DNA of 64,000 bases from Candidatus Cloacimonadales bacterium (GTDB lineage Bacteria; Cloacimonadota; Cloacimonadia; Cloacimonadales; JAFGVF01): assembly GCA_963662585.1 (NCBI GenBank), contig OY759729.1, forward strand, positions 1,056,001 to 1,120,000, given 5' to 3'. Below, in pieces: positions 1 through 14,100 of this stretch. The notes beneath the pieces are model-generated. The model was not told the origin of the DNA. It saw nothing but the letters and a program-made list of their open reading frames with translations, and made no database searches. The position numbers and the translations under genes were made by a program. Every line of letters starts with the position of its first letter. Position 1 is the first letter of the stretch.

Positions 1-1038
1 AACTCTATAATAGTGTCTTTCATTATAGATAGTATTAATTTCAGGACCTAAGTTGATTGGAGTTTCCCATTCAGTCCAAGCATTACCACTTTTCTTAGCT
101 TTGAAAATATCAAAACCACCAAATGAAGAGTGACCATTAGAAGCGAAGAAAAGAGATTGTCCATCCCAGCTTATAAATGGAGTTTGCTCATCATTAATTG
201 TATTAATAACACTACCTAAGTTAATTGGTTCTTGCCATCCATTGATATTTTCTGACACCCAGATATCATATCCACCCATTGAACCAGGTCTATTAGAAGT
301 AAAGAACATAACTCTGTCTTCAAAAACATAAGCTTGTAATTCGCTATAATCTGAAGATACTGTATTTAATCTTTCAGGACTAGTAAAAGCTTCGCGAACT
401 CTTTGTGTGCGGTAGATACCACTCTTGGCATCTCCGTTATATTTACCAAACAAATAAGCATATTCGTTATCTTGTGAGAATGAATTTAATGATTCATTTC
501 CATTAGTTAAAAGTGTTGTCGCAGGTTGAAGTTTACCCCATGTTCCACCTATTTTCTTACTAAAAAATATGTTCTCTTTGAGAGATTGGCATTTTCTAGC
601 AGATGTGAAAAATAGATAATTTCCATCAGGTGTAACTATTGGAGCAAAATCGCTAAATTCTGAATTTAAATATCCCGGAAAGTAACCAAATTGATATAAA
701 TGAATACCTTTAGACATTCTAATTACAGAATCTTCTATCAGCTTTAGTAAGTTATCATAATAATCATAATCTATTCCTGAAGCATTTTGAACATAATATT
801 CCAAATTTTTATAAGCTTCAGGCATATCTCCTTTTGCCATTTGAACTTTAAACATAACTAAATAATTATCATAGTTATTAGGACTCTGTGCAATAGCTTT
901 TTCCATTAGCTCTTCAGCTTGAGGACAATATCCCCTCTCTAAGAAAGTTTGTGCTTGCTCAATATAAGGTACTCCTAATTGAGCGAAAAGAAAAGAAAAA
1001 CTTAAAAGAGCCAAAGCAATAAAAAGTTTAGTTTTCAT
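1..1038 (-). CDS. PorE-like TPR + PD40 (WD40-like beta-propeller) protein, probably OmpA family; 3' end outside window
   Basis: Not in the ORF track (runs off edge). ATG at 1038 with AAGGAG RBS. Translation MKTKLFIALALLSFSFLFAQ (signal peptide), TPR-like helices, then PD40 motifs 'DFAPIVTPDGNYLFFTSAR', 'FTSNRPGSMGGYDIWVS', 'PINLGSVINTINDEQTPFISWDGQSLFFASNGHSSFGGFDIF'. Confidence 0.8.
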   Translation of the reverse strand, partial: MKTKLFIALALLSFSFLFAQLGVPYIEQAQTFLERGYCPQAEELMEKAIAQSPNNYDNYLVMFKVQMAKGDMPEAYKNLEYYVQNASGIDYDYYDNLLKLIEDSVIRMSKGIHLYQFGYFPGYLNSEFSDFAPIVTPDGNYLFFTSARKCQSLKENIFFSKKIGGTWGKLQPATTLLTNGNESLNSFSQDNEYAYLFGKYNGDAKSGIYRTQRVREAFTSPERLNTVSSDYSELQAYVFEDRVMFFTSNRPGSMGGYDIWVSENINGWQEPINLGSVINTINDEQTPFISWDGQSLFFASNGHSSFGGFDIFKAKKSGNAWTEWETPINLGPEINTIYNERHYYRV

Positions 1039-1070
1039 GAAATCTCCTTTTTCAATGTTATTTTCAATTT

Positions 1071-1140
1071 TCAAAACTTCTCTTAAACCCTACAGAATAG
1101 AGTTTAAAAGAAGTTTTGAGAGGGGAAACCCCTCTCAAAA
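1071..1140 (-). terminator. Two overlapping intergenic hairpins (terminator or mRNA-processing element)
   Basis: TTTTGAGAGGGG-aaa-CCCCTCTCAAAA (1114-1140) overlaps a second stem, TCAAAACTTCTCTTAAAC (1071-1088) / GTTTAAAAGAAGTTTTGA (1102-1119). Confidence 0.55.
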
Positions 1141-1150
1141 CAATCTATGT

Positions 1151-2107
1151 TTAGAATCTAAATGTTAAACCATATCTATGATTATTTTCGTTGATTCCTT
1201 CAGAATCTTCGGTTACATAAGCATAGTTCATTTCAATCATTTTAAATCTAATTCCGAAACCGGCTGTGAATTGACCATCATTAGCACCAATTCTTACACC
1301 AGCTTGTACTTTAGAGAACATATCTTCCCAAGTAGCATCTTGAGTATTTCTCATTGTTCCAAGACCAGCACCTAGATCTGTATCATTTCCAACATTTGCC
1401 CAGTATTCTGCACCCATGTGTACTGTAATATCATCAGAACTTTCTTCTTGTCTTAAATCTCCAGAAACAGTTAATCCTCTCATTGGGAAAACTGCTACAC
1501 CAAGATTATATTGCATTGGAATATTTACATCATCGAATTTACTATATAAATCTCTGATATTAGCACCAAATGAAATATATTCATTCATTTCATACATAGC
1601 ACCCAAGTCTATTCCAAAACCATTTGCAGATTCATCATCCATGTTATCAAATAACATCTTAATGCTTGAACCCCAAAGGAATTTTCCTGTGCGAGTTGCT
1701 AAACTTAAGTTGATATTATTATCTTGGACATCATAAATACCAGTTGAGTTTCCTTGACCATCATAAGAATCTATATCAGTAACTCCAGCATTTATCCAAG
1801 AGATAGCCATGTAGCCATATTTGAATCTCATTCCCATACCAGCATAGCTTGTAGTTCTATCTAAACCTAAGCCATCGGTATAATCTATTCCTACTTGATA
1901 ATCTGCAATCTTTGCTAATCCAGCAGGATTCCAGTAAGCAGCTGTGATATCATTCATATATGCAGTACCTGTACCACCCATTGCCATACCTTTTGCACCA
2001 TAACCCATACGGAGATAAGGTTTATTGTGGTTATTATCAGCAATAAGAGCGGAAACAAGACCTAGCATCACTGCTACAATTATCATTATCTTTACACTTT
2101 TAGTCAT
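1151..2107 (-). CDS. PorV/PorQ-family (FadL-like) outer-membrane beta-barrel
   Basis: Signal peptide; N-terminal motif 'YLRMGYGAKGMAMGG...DITAAYWNPAGLA'; alternating beta-strands; C-terminal Phe (YGLTFRF); GGAGG RBS. Confidence 0.85.
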   Translation of the reverse strand: MTKSVKIMIIVAVMLGLVSALIADNNHNKPYLRMGYGAKGMAMGGTGTAYMNDITAAYWNPAGLAKIADYQVGIDYTDGLGLDRTTSYAGMGMRFKYGYMAISWINAGVTDIDSYDGQGNSTGIYDVQDNNINLSLATRTGKFLWGSSIKMLFDNMDDESANGFGIDLGAMYEMNEYISFGANIRDLYSKFDDVNIPMQYNLGVAVFPMRGLTVSGDLRQEESSDDITVHMGAEYWANVGNDTDLGAGLGTMRNTQDATWEDMFSKVQAGVRIGANDGQFTAGFGIRFKMIEMNYAYVTEDSEGINENNHRYGLTFRF

Positions 2108-2128
2108 TTATTCCTCCAAATTATTAGA

Positions 2129-2150
2129 GGAAGGGGGTGTACCCCCTCCC
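2129..2150 (-). terminator. GC-rich hairpin after the giant gene
   Basis: GGAAGGGGGT-gt-ACCCCCTCCC immediately after the stop codon; no strong U-tract. Confidence 0.4.
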
Positions 2151-2154
2151 AATT

Positions 2155-5100
2155 TTATTGAATTGCTATCTTAACAACCTTATTAAGTTCCTTAGCACCA
2201 TCAACTATGTTGATTCTTGCGAAGTAAGCACCACGAGCTAATCTCTTACCATCGTTAGTTCTTCCGTCGAATTGAATCATATTGTTAGTGTTTCCACCAA
2301 TTGAGTTATGGTTCATTTCACGAACAAGTTTACCAGCGAAATCGAAGATTTCAATAGTAACTTGTGCTTCTTTAGTAGTAGGAATTACGAAAGTACCAGC
2401 ATCGCCTCTTGTAAGAGGTGAAGGATACATATAAGGTTTTGCAGTGAACTCTAAATCCATAGCAGAGTAATCAATTTCAACCATGAAGTTCATCATCTTA
2501 GTTGTTCTGTTTCCAGCTTTATCATAGATGGTAGCTTCAATATGATATTGACCAAGGCCACTAACAGGAACACGGCAAGCATAACTATTAGAAACATCAG
2601 TTTTTACAGTATCAAGGACAGTAGCGTTAGCATTGTCATAGGCTTTTACTTCTAATCTATCTAAGCCAGAAGTTGCCATTGATTTAACTGTAGGCATAAT
2701 ATCTGATAATTCCATCATAACATCAACAAACATATTCTCAGTTTGAGTGTATGTTGTATTTGCTTCAGGAGATACAAATTCAACAGTAGGACTGTAAGAG
2801 TCTATTGGATAACTATGGTTAGCTACAGCATCACCACCAGCTACATTAGAAGCCATTACAATAACTTTAATTGCGTTTGCATCAGTAGGTATTACGCCAC
2901 CGTGAACATTAACAACGAATTCATTATTAACAGCTTGGACTGTAAATGGTTCATAGATAACTTCATTACTTGGAATAGCAATTACGCTAGCCATGATTGA
3001 AGAGTTATCTAAAGTATAGCCATTACCATCAACTGTGAATGTGATGTTGTTATTGTTTTGAGTATTAACCCAACCATTAGAATCATCAAGATCTGAGATA
3101 GTAATGATTGGAGCAGGAGCAGTGATATCGAAGTTTCTAGTAACAGTAGTTACATTGCCAGCCATATCTTTGGCTTGTGCTTCGATTACGAAAGTTCCAG
3201 CCATATCTGGAGTAACAACAAGATTGAATGATTCAGGAGTTTCAGTATCCATAGCTTCTGCTAAGAAATCACTGTTAAGTGAAGTAACTTTGATAGAAGT
3301 CATAGTTAATCCTGACATATTGTCTGTTGCTACGATATTAACATTAACACTATTTCCAATCATTGTTGTATAGTCAGCCATTGGATTAACAACAGTTAAT
3401 TCAGGTCTGCTATTATCGATTGGATAAGTTTGACTTGATACAGTTTGGACAGCCCAATCATTTACTGCAACAACTTCAACTTTAATTGCGTTTTGACCAG
3501 GAGTAACAATACCACCGTGGAAGTTAATAGTTCCAGTACCATTCTCAAGAGTTACTGAGAAAGGTCCTTGGATAACATCGTTGTTTGGTAATTGGATGAT
3601 ATTAGCAACAACAGATTGAAGCTCAGTATCAGTGTGTCCTGATTCAACAGTTAAGTCGAATTCATAGTTATTAGCAGTAGTGATCCACCATGAGCCATTA
3701 GCTAGAGGGCTAAAGTCAACAACAGGTGCAGGACCACCAACAACTTCGAAGTTAACAGTTGCAGATGCAGTATTACCAACAAAGTCACTAACAGAAGCAA
3801 CTGCAGTATGAGCACCAGGTACTAAATCTGAAGCAGCATAAGCAAATGAACCGTTACTAATTTCACCAGTAATTACATCACCATCAAGAGTAACAACAAG
3901 TGTTGAAATATCAATACCTGAAGCACCTGAGAAGTGTTGTACTAAGTCGTCATCTATGAAGTGACCTTGAGGGTCAGTAAATGAGAAGGCAACTTGAGCA
4001 TCAGAACCATAATTAACTACAAGGTTTGCAGGAGCAGTAGCAGTAACGATAGGATCCATATAATCTAAACCGAATGTTTGTTCAGCAACATTATTTACAT
4101 CGATATCATCAATTGCATTAACTGCGATTTTTAAACCAAGTGAGTTTGGAAGTTGTAATTGAGCAAATCCGAATGTATATTCATTAGCATTTGCTGTTGG
4201 TACAGGGTTAGAAGTTTGAATAAGAATACCGGCAGGGTTAAGATCAGTAACTGCAAGAATACTAACATCAATATCTTCAAGAGCAATAGTTCTACCATCA
4301 GCAGGAACTACAGTCATAAGAACTTGATTAGACATTGCAGGGTTAATCCACCATCCGTTTTCGAATCCATCGTTATGAATAGTAATTTGTGGTCTGTTAA
4401 CAACTACATTAGCAGTAACATTAGCAGCCATTACATTAACTTGGTTGAGGTTATTTTCAGCAGTCCATTGAACATTGAGTGAAGCGATTTCTCTGCTTCT
4501 CATTGGTTGTGGAACTAAAGTAACTAACTCTTCAACACTCATTTCATAACTGAAAATATTACCTGTAACAGTCATTTCATTCATTGGAACAGTAACAACA
4601 GCATTTACTGCTGGGTCGTTGTTAGTGATAACTAAGTTATAATCAACAAGACCTGTTTCAGCATCTTCCATAGTAGCTGTTAAAGTTCTATTTGTAGCTG
4701 ATAATTGAACTGTTGAATCAAATGCGATAGTAGGTAATGTGCTATCAACATTGAATGTTAATGTTTGATTTGCTTGGAAACCATTCATTTCAACATTAAC
4801 CATAAGTTCATTAAGGCCAGCGTTCATATTAACTAAATCGAAACTTACCACACCATTATTAAGAACTATGTTATTAACATTATTAACACCATTATTAAGA
4901 GTGATAGAAATATTAGCTAAACCGAAACCTGCAGGTAATTGATAACCCATTTCTGTTTCTTCATGATATACATTGAAGTTCATTGCTACATTAGGAAGAG
5001 TCCATAATGCACCAGCATTCATATATACATCATTATTAACAGGAGCAAATTCTGTAACAAACATTTCGAATCCAACATATTGACCAACAGTAACAACTGT

Positions 5101-8100
5101 ATTAACAGGAGCAGTGAAAGTCATAGTTGCATTAGTTTCATTATAATCAACATCGATTTCAACGAAGTCTGCAAGAAGAGCATCCCAAGCAAGAGCAACT
5201 ACATTACCTTCAACTGCCATAGTACCTGTAAGAGGTAATGTATAAACAGCGTTTCCAGCAATATTAGAATTAACAAGAACTTGGTCTGTAAGTTGTGCAT
5301 AGTGGTCAGCTAAAGGCATTTGGTTATCTAACATAACAAACCAGTAAGGGTTGTTGTAGTTAACAGTAACGCCATTAGAAGCAGCCATAGCATCTAATTC
5401 AACGAATTTTAACCAAGCAGCATTATTAGCTACACCTGATAACCAGTATCCAGGTAATTCGTTATTAGCATTAACAACTAAGTTGAATTCATAGTTTTCA
5501 TTAATAGTTTCATAACCAGCATAACCAAGCTCGTTAAATCTAACTACATTTGGCATAGAGTCTGTATCAACTATCATTAAGTTATTTTCATGAATTTCGA
5601 TATTTCCATTAGCAGGAACTAAGTCAAATTCACCAGCATTATAAGTAACATCTAAAGGATAAACAAGAGAAGTTTCTTCATCATTGTTCATCATTACAAG
5701 AACTTTAATACCAGAAGCATTTGAAATAGCTTCAGCATTGAAATCAAATTCATAGTAAGGATCATTGTTTGTAGTATTGATTGCGAAATCAATCCAATCA
5801 ACATTGTTTGTTGTATATTGTGCTACAACAGAAGTAACATTATTACCCCAGTGGTTAACCATAGCATACATTTTGTCAGAACTGATTGCTTCATTATTAA
5901 ATTCGAAACCAGTAATAACTGCATAAGGGTCATTTTCATTAGGAGTAACAACTACTACATTTTGTAGAACATTATTTACGAATCCATCATTATCAGTAAC
6001 GATAGCTTCGATAGTATAAGTACCAACGCTAGCAAGAAGAGCTGTGTTCCATACATAAGTATATGGAGCAGCATTTACAAGAGCATGTGATAGACCATTT
6101 ATTTTGAATTCAACTGAAGCAACATCTAAAGGAGCAATATTATTTGTTCCGTCAGTGTAGTTAACATCAGCATTAATGCTTACTAAGTTTCCTAAAACAA
6201 ATTCTGAATCATTATCAATATTTGTGAAGAATACTTCAGGAGCAGTAGCATCAAAATAAACATTATTAGCAAGAGCAACTTCTGTTTCATTGAATGGAAC
6301 AGCAAGGTCTCTTACCATTGCTTTGAAGTTATAGAAACCTTTAACTAAACCAAGATTTGCAAAAGTAACTTCAGCAGTGTTGTTAGTAACAACAGCAGCA
6401 GTAGTTCCAAGAGAAACCCAAGTATTGTTTAAAATGTCAGCATAAAGAAGTTCGATATTAGTATCAAGAACTTCATCAGCAGCAACATCGAAAGTTAAAG
6501 TAATTTCATCATTTAAATTGAAGATAGAATCATCAGCAATACCAGCAACTGCAGGAGTTACAGGAGTAACAGCTCTATCAATAATTACATCTGCTTGAAC
6601 TTGAACATCTACAAATCTTACAACAGGTCCGAAACCGAAGGTATAAACACCATCAACATCAGTTGCTGCAGGAGTGAATGTATAAGTAGCAAGACCATTA
6701 ACAACAGGGATAAGAACAGGAGCTGACCAATCAGTGGCTGCAGGAGCCTTCATCCAAGTGTTAAGTTCATCTACATCAGCACCAACACTAAGTTCAATTA
6801 CAACTGGACCGTTGAAGTGAACATTGTTGAAAGCAGCTAATGTATTAACATTATTAATAGCAATAGGAGTCACATTGTCTCTTACTTGGTAAGAAACCAT
6901 TGTTTCTGAACTATTGTTATATTCATCAGTAATTTCAGCTTTGAATTCGTAACTTGAATTCATTAACCAATTGTTTGGAATCATCCATTGGTTATTAGCA
7001 TCAAGTACGATTGGAGTCCATACATTATTAGCAGCATCAGATAACCAGTAGTAGTTAATAGCTAAATTTGCAACAGCAGTTACATTATCCATTGCATTTG
7101 CATTGAATGTGTAAGCAAGACCGCGCTCGATATAACCATTATCATTTTCTACAAGTTCTAAAGCACCTGTAGGAGCATCAGTATCAACACTGAAAGCAAA
7201 TGCTTCAGTATAGTTATGACCAACAAAGTCAGCTGTAGTAACTTCGATTTGATAAGTTCCGGTAGTTAAAGCGGAGATATCTAATGTATAGTTAACAACA
7301 GTAGGATTCATTTGGTTATTAGTATTATAAGTAACTGCATTAACTTCAGTACCGTCGAGAGTAATAACAACACTACTTAAATCAAGTACTGCGTTATCAA
7401 CTGTTACAGCGATATCAAGAGCATTAGCAATAGCTACAGTAGCATCAGCAGCAACAGGGTTACCAGCTTGAGTTACTGTAAGAGCAGTTACCATAGGAGC
7501 GTCACTATCTACGATATCTACAACATAAGGAGTTCCACCATTAGCGATAAAGCTAACTTGGTCTGCAACATTGCCGAAGATATTTTCAACTTGAATAGCT
7601 AATTGAACTTTTTCTGCAAAGAGATAATCCATGCCAATAGTCCAATTATAATCATCAGCTGTGAAGCCACTTAATTGATTCCAAGGAGAAGCTACATTAT
7701 CATTTTCATCTAAGAAACGATACATATAGTTAACTTGGTTTAAGTATTCTGGATGAGTAGATACAACATTTCCAAGAGAAAGGATGTATTCAGTACCTCT
7801 GTTAACTTCAGTAGTTACAGCACCATCAATTGTACTTACTACAATCTCAGGAACGATTGTAGAGTTCCAGATATGTAAGTTAGTTTCATTAATAACTTGT
7901 CCGAAGTTATATTCTGAAACTGTTCTTACTGTATAATCACCATCCATGTTAGCAATGTTCCAGTTAACATCCATATATTGAGCGTAACCTGTGATTGTAC
8001 CAGTACCTGCGAAGTTAGCAATTGGATTCCAGGCAGCATTTGCAGCAAATTGCATCCAGTTTGTTCCATTCCAGTACTCGAATCTAACATTGTTTGGTAC

Positions 8101-11100
8101 TATTACATTATTACCTTCAGGTAAGAATGCAAACATATTAATATTATTACCACCGATAACATCAGTGATTTCTTCATTATTAGTTACGCTAGTTTGGTGA
8201 TAAGTTTCTGCACCATTTCTGAAGTCTGAAACAACCATAATTCTAGCACCAACTTCAGCACTTCTTAGAGTGAAGTTACCAGCATTGAAGATAGCAGAAA
8301 CATAATCATTATGATCAGTTAGAGCAACATCAACATTAACCATGATATTATCTTGGCCATTAATAACTTCATTCATCATTGCTTGTGAAGGAGTCCAATC
8401 AAATACTAGCATAGCACCATCATCGCTAACTTTTACATCAACAACATCAACAATAGCATTGTGAGTAAATGTAGCTTCAAGAGCTTTAACACCAAGTCCG
8501 TCACCATTTGCATCAACTAATTGAGCTAAGTAGTCATTATATGCTACTGTGAATTGGTGAGTTTCAGTGTAGATACCAGACATATTAAGAGCATTATTAA
8601 CTGCTGTGATTACAGGAGCGTTAGTGTCAATATGAAGGTCATCACCGAGAATTGGAGTTAAGTTGCTAGGATTATTAACGAAGTCTTGAACCATTACTTC
8701 AAGATAGTAGTTACCATCAGGAACACCAGCAAGAAGAACTGAGAAATCAGTAGGTCTTACATCGTAGGCTGCATAAACATCATTAACTAATCCGTAAGTA
8801 TTAGCAGGATTATTTACATCAACTAACCATGCTTGAACAGTATGAACATCATTAGCATTAACATAAGTTAAGCTAAATTCAACATTTTCATCAAGCACTT
8901 TATATGTATCTAACATTACTGTATTAAGAGCAACAAAGTCAAATACAGGAGCAGTGTTGTCGATGATTAAGTTCATTTCAACAGCTGCAGCTTGGTCGTC
9001 AGTAGCTACTAAGTTATCAAATGGAACTGCTCTAAAGAGGTAAGAACCATCAACAATAGTAGTTGTATCGAATTGATAAGCAAAACCATCAGCATTAATC
9101 ATTTCTGAAGTAATAGCAAAGTTTGCTTTTTCTAGAGGTCCAATAATACCGTCATTATTTGCATCAACGAAATAATTAACAGTATAAGTATCTCTTGTTA
9201 AAGTAACTGTTTTTGACCAATTATCATTAGCACCATCTAATTCTACCATTGTAGTATTAAGTGCACTATCAATAATTTCAACATGAACACCAGGAACAAC
9301 AGCATAAGGAATAGCAGCATTATCAATACTAAAGAGATAATCTACATCAGCCATTGAATCATCAGTTCCAATAGCAATCCAATTCATACCATCATTATAT
9401 TGGAATTCAACAGAAGCTACATTAGCAGGAGTAGCTACGGTAGCTGTTAATAATTCTAAACCTGAGATAACATCATTAGCATTGTGATTAACAATAGTTG
9501 TTGTGATATCAGTTTGGTAAAGAACATTTACAGTTAAGTTAATAGCATTATTAAGTTCAGCATTAGTTAAAACACCATCTAATGGAGTAACATCAGCTTC
9601 AATGTTGCCACGAGTATCTTCAGCGATAACTGCAAATTCTACAACAGCACCATTATTAACATTGATATCAAATTGATACATATCATTAGCATCAACTTCA
9701 TGATCAAAAGCTATACGATTCCAACCAGCACCATCGATATTTCTATAGAGACTTACTGGAGGGTAAATATCATCATTAGTATTTGCATACCAAGGTTGAG
9801 TTTGATTAGCCCAAGTATCTGTATTTTCTGAAGATAAACCAAGAATTTGTGTTCTATCGATTTGGATAGTTAAATTCTCAGTACCAGCTAATACAAATAT
9901 AGGGTTGCCATCGAATGCATGAATTTGATTCATAGCTTCGCCACCATTATCAGCATCAGTCATATAAGCAACATTTGCGATAGTAGTTTGAGGAGCTTGG
10001 TTATCAACGAATACATCGATAGGAGTAATTTCAGAAACATTACCGTTCATATCAGTAACAGTAACATTATAAGTAATCACACCTTCACCAGCGATATTAT
10101 TAAGGCCAGTCCAAGGAATAGATACTGTATTTGTTAAAGCATTGATTGTGATGTTTGCGTTATCAGCAACATTAACTGCGTTATAATCTACAACGAAGTC
10201 GTTAATGTTAAGACCATCAAAGTCAACGAAATCAAATACTAATCTATCAGTGTTAGCATTATAATAAGTATATGAAGTGTGAGTTACAGAAGCATTATTC
10301 ACAGTAAGTTCAGGTTTCATATAATCAACTCTGAAGTTAGCATCAAAACTAACAATACCTACTTGAGGAATAACTTCAATATTTGTATAACTATCGATCA
10401 ATACAGCATAGAACTCGTAAGTATAGTCTGTACCATCATAGTTACCATTATTTGTATAGAGGCTAGGATCTACAGTAATCCAACTGTTCCATACATTAGC
10501 AGTTGCATCATAACAGTTAGCAGGTAATACTACATTGTTGTTTCCGTATTGAGGATTAACAGCAGCATCATTATTAACTGGTAAAGTTGCAAGAACATTT
10601 CCGGTAGCAGTTTCTATTCTATTTACGAAGAATTGAACTTCTGCGATACCTTCTAATCCGTTTGGATATGTTGTATAGATTCTAACATCATTCATTGTTA
10701 AGTCATTGTTTGGTGAATAAACTGTTCCGTTAGCAATAAGATTATCGCTATTGAAATTAGTATAATCAACTAATGATAAGTTATAGAATTTATCATAAGA
10801 AGGATTAACTATTTCAAGAACTGTTGAGAAGTCAGCTTCAGCAGAAACATTACCAACAAAGTCAAATGCTTTAGCAGTAATAATAACTCGGCCGATATCA
10901 GTAGCATCATAAATCCAGTTAACAGGATTTACCATGTCATAAACTAATACATCGCCATTAACAGTTAATTCAACGAAATCAACATCAGTCCAAGTACCAA
11001 CTAAGGCAGTTAGGTTAATGTTATTATTAGCTGGAGTGATATAATCATAAACTACTTGAGTAGGGTTCATGCCAGCAGCTAAGACATCAGATACTTCAGG

Positions 11101-14100
11101 AGCTGTAACATCAGCAACTGAGTAAGTGAATTGAGTATCAGAAACTGATCTCATTTGGCTACTAGTAGTTAATACTCTAACAATATAGTTTCTGATATTT
11201 TCATCAGCATCTAAGTTATCACCATCAATATTACCATCATAGCTTGCATTATATTGATATGAAGTATATTGAGGACTGCTTAAGTTCCATGTGAATCCAT
11301 AAGGATAAACAGGATCATTAGCTTGAAGAACTAAGTTACCAAGATCATCAGTATAATCACCATCATTATTAGCATCATAATAAACTTGGAATTCAACAGT
11401 ATTAACAACACCATCAGGGTCATTTACTAAGAATTCAAGTTCAATATCATTACCACTATTTAGAGTAAAAGCAGGATCAGTTGTAGCTGAAACACCAGCA
11501 GGTGCATGAGCATATCTGAATGTTTGGCTATCGGTATAATTATTACCTAAACCGTCAGTAGCATTAACAATGATTTGATAATCACCTTCAGCTAAATCGA
11601 ATCCGGAATAACCATTATCAAAATCAAATTCAGCAACTGTACCATTGAATGAAATATTAACATTGTTGATAGCAGCTGTATTAGGAGTAACACCAATTGC
11701 AACTAAATCAAAATTAGCAGTGATGTTACCAACACCATTAGTACCGAACATTGCAGGATCTTCTAATTCAACTTTTAATGAAGTGAAGTCTTGGTCATAA
11801 ACAATAACATCGCCCCATGAATAAGTTGTCATTCCTGCAACTGATTCAAAAGCAATTCCGTCAGCAACAACTACTGGAGCAGTTGCATCAAGTAAGATGT
11901 TAATATTTTCAGATTTTTCGAAACCAAATATGTTTGTATAGGTTACTGTGAAATCTGTATTACCAAGAGTTGCTGCATCAGCTGTGAAATCAGTAGCATC
12001 AATTGTAAGACTTGCAACAGTACCATTGAAGGCTGTTGGATTTAAGTCATTTACAAGTTGAGGACTGCTAATTACGAAATCAGCTAAAGCAGGTGCATAG
12101 GCAGGATTATAAGATTCACCGAAATTAGTGAAATCAAATGTGAATTCAAAATCACCCATTGTAGGATTTTGAGTTCCAGGATTATTAAGAACGATATCAA
12201 AGTCATTACCATCAACTTCTACATCAAGAGTTTCATGATGTTCGAAAACATTAGTAATAATGTTATCAAATGGATCTCTGAAAGAAGTAATGTTTAAGGT
12301 AACTGTTTGACCTTCTGTGAATTGAGTAGGATCAGAAATAGTAACAGGGAATGTTACTAACCATTTTGAGTTGTTTAAGACTGTTGGAGCAACAGTATAA
12401 GCACCAAATGTTAAACCAGCCACAGGATCGATAGTTACATTATCGATATATTCTTGGAATTGAGTATTTATATATACATTAACTACAGGGTTAACAACTT
12501 GAAGGTCGCTAACAGCTAAGTAGTTAACAGCATTGTTAGTAATTAATTCTACATGTTCAATTAGAGGAACAATAGGACCTGAGCCAGCATAAGAGATAGT
12601 CTTAGTTGAGGCAGCAGTCATTTGTCCAGTAATATTAGTAGCAGTAACACTTACAAGTTGTGAAGTTTGGTTATAGTTACCAATTACAGGGATACCAGTA
12701 ATTTCAGCAACCCATTGTGTTCCATCCCAAGAAATATTAGCTTGTGGAACAATATAAGGATTAGCAAGATCGAGGATATTGCTAAAGTTGCTTAAAGTTA
12801 CGAAAGGTTTCATCACTGTACCTGCTAATGGAGCATCACTATTAAAGATAACTCTAACAGTTGCTTCATCACCAGGAGTAACATAATACATACCGTTTTG
12901 ACCTAATGTTTCACTCCATACATAGATTTCATCTAAGCTGGTAGTAGTACCATCAATGAGGTTATAAACATTAGCAACGGTTTGCTGACTTACTTGACCA
13001 GTTGAATAAGTAATTCTATATTCAAGAGGTAACCAACCTAAGTTAGTGTTAGCAACGATATCTGAGTTAAGATAATATACATCATTACCTGCATCAGCTA
13101 AAGCAACCCAACCTTGGTTAGCAGCATTATAATTATCAGCTAAGATTTCTACACTTGTTACAGTAGCATTATCACTAGCTAAAGGTTCAACTTCTAAGAT
13201 TAAACCAATACTATTACCATTACTAATATAAGGTGAAGTTGCAGAATTCATTCTGTCCATTCCATCATATTGGAAGGCAGTGATTCCATCAACATCAGCC
13301 TGACTAGCTATAAATTCAACAGTAGCTGAAGGACCTTGTGCAAGATATCTATTTGAAGGTGAGTTATAGTTTTCACCAGCATAGTTCTTGTGATTTACCA
13401 AGTCTTCAAGTTCATTGAATTGAATAGTAACTACATCTGTATTAGCTACAGCAGTGTTATCTACAGGAGTGAATTTCCAGATAAGAGCTATATCATTAGC
13501 ATTAACTGCTTGACTACCAACTAACATTGCTGTCCAGTTAGTAGAGATAGTAGGTAAAGCAACACCAGCTTCTTCAACAGAAACACCATTCATATCTTCA
13601 ACTATTCTCTTAACAAAAAGAGATCCATTGAATTGATAAGAATTGAGATCTTGAGGGTTATTTAAAGTAAGATCAAAGTTAAAGCTATTAACTTGATTAC
13701 CTAAATTATTAATACCAGGAATTGCATTAGCAGTAGCATAATCATTGATATTGCTATCAGCTTTAACAATTGTATATTCTGCATAAGTAGGAACTTCTAA
13801 ATCAATTTTGATACTTTTTATGATTGGAATTGGGTTAGCATTGAAGAAGTCGTTATATCTAACTTCAACTTGAATGTTTTCACCATCATCATAAGTGTTC
13901 CAACATGCTTGAACATCTGGAGTTTGAACCCAAGTTACATTATGTGTATAGATTGTTACACCAGGAATTGGAGTTACTGAAGTTGTTACAACAGTTCCTG
14001 CTACCCAGTTAACATCAGGGAAGTTGTTAGTGATATTATCAAATTCAGCAATTGGATTAATATCAGCTAAAACAGAATTAACATTCATAGTTAATTTCAC

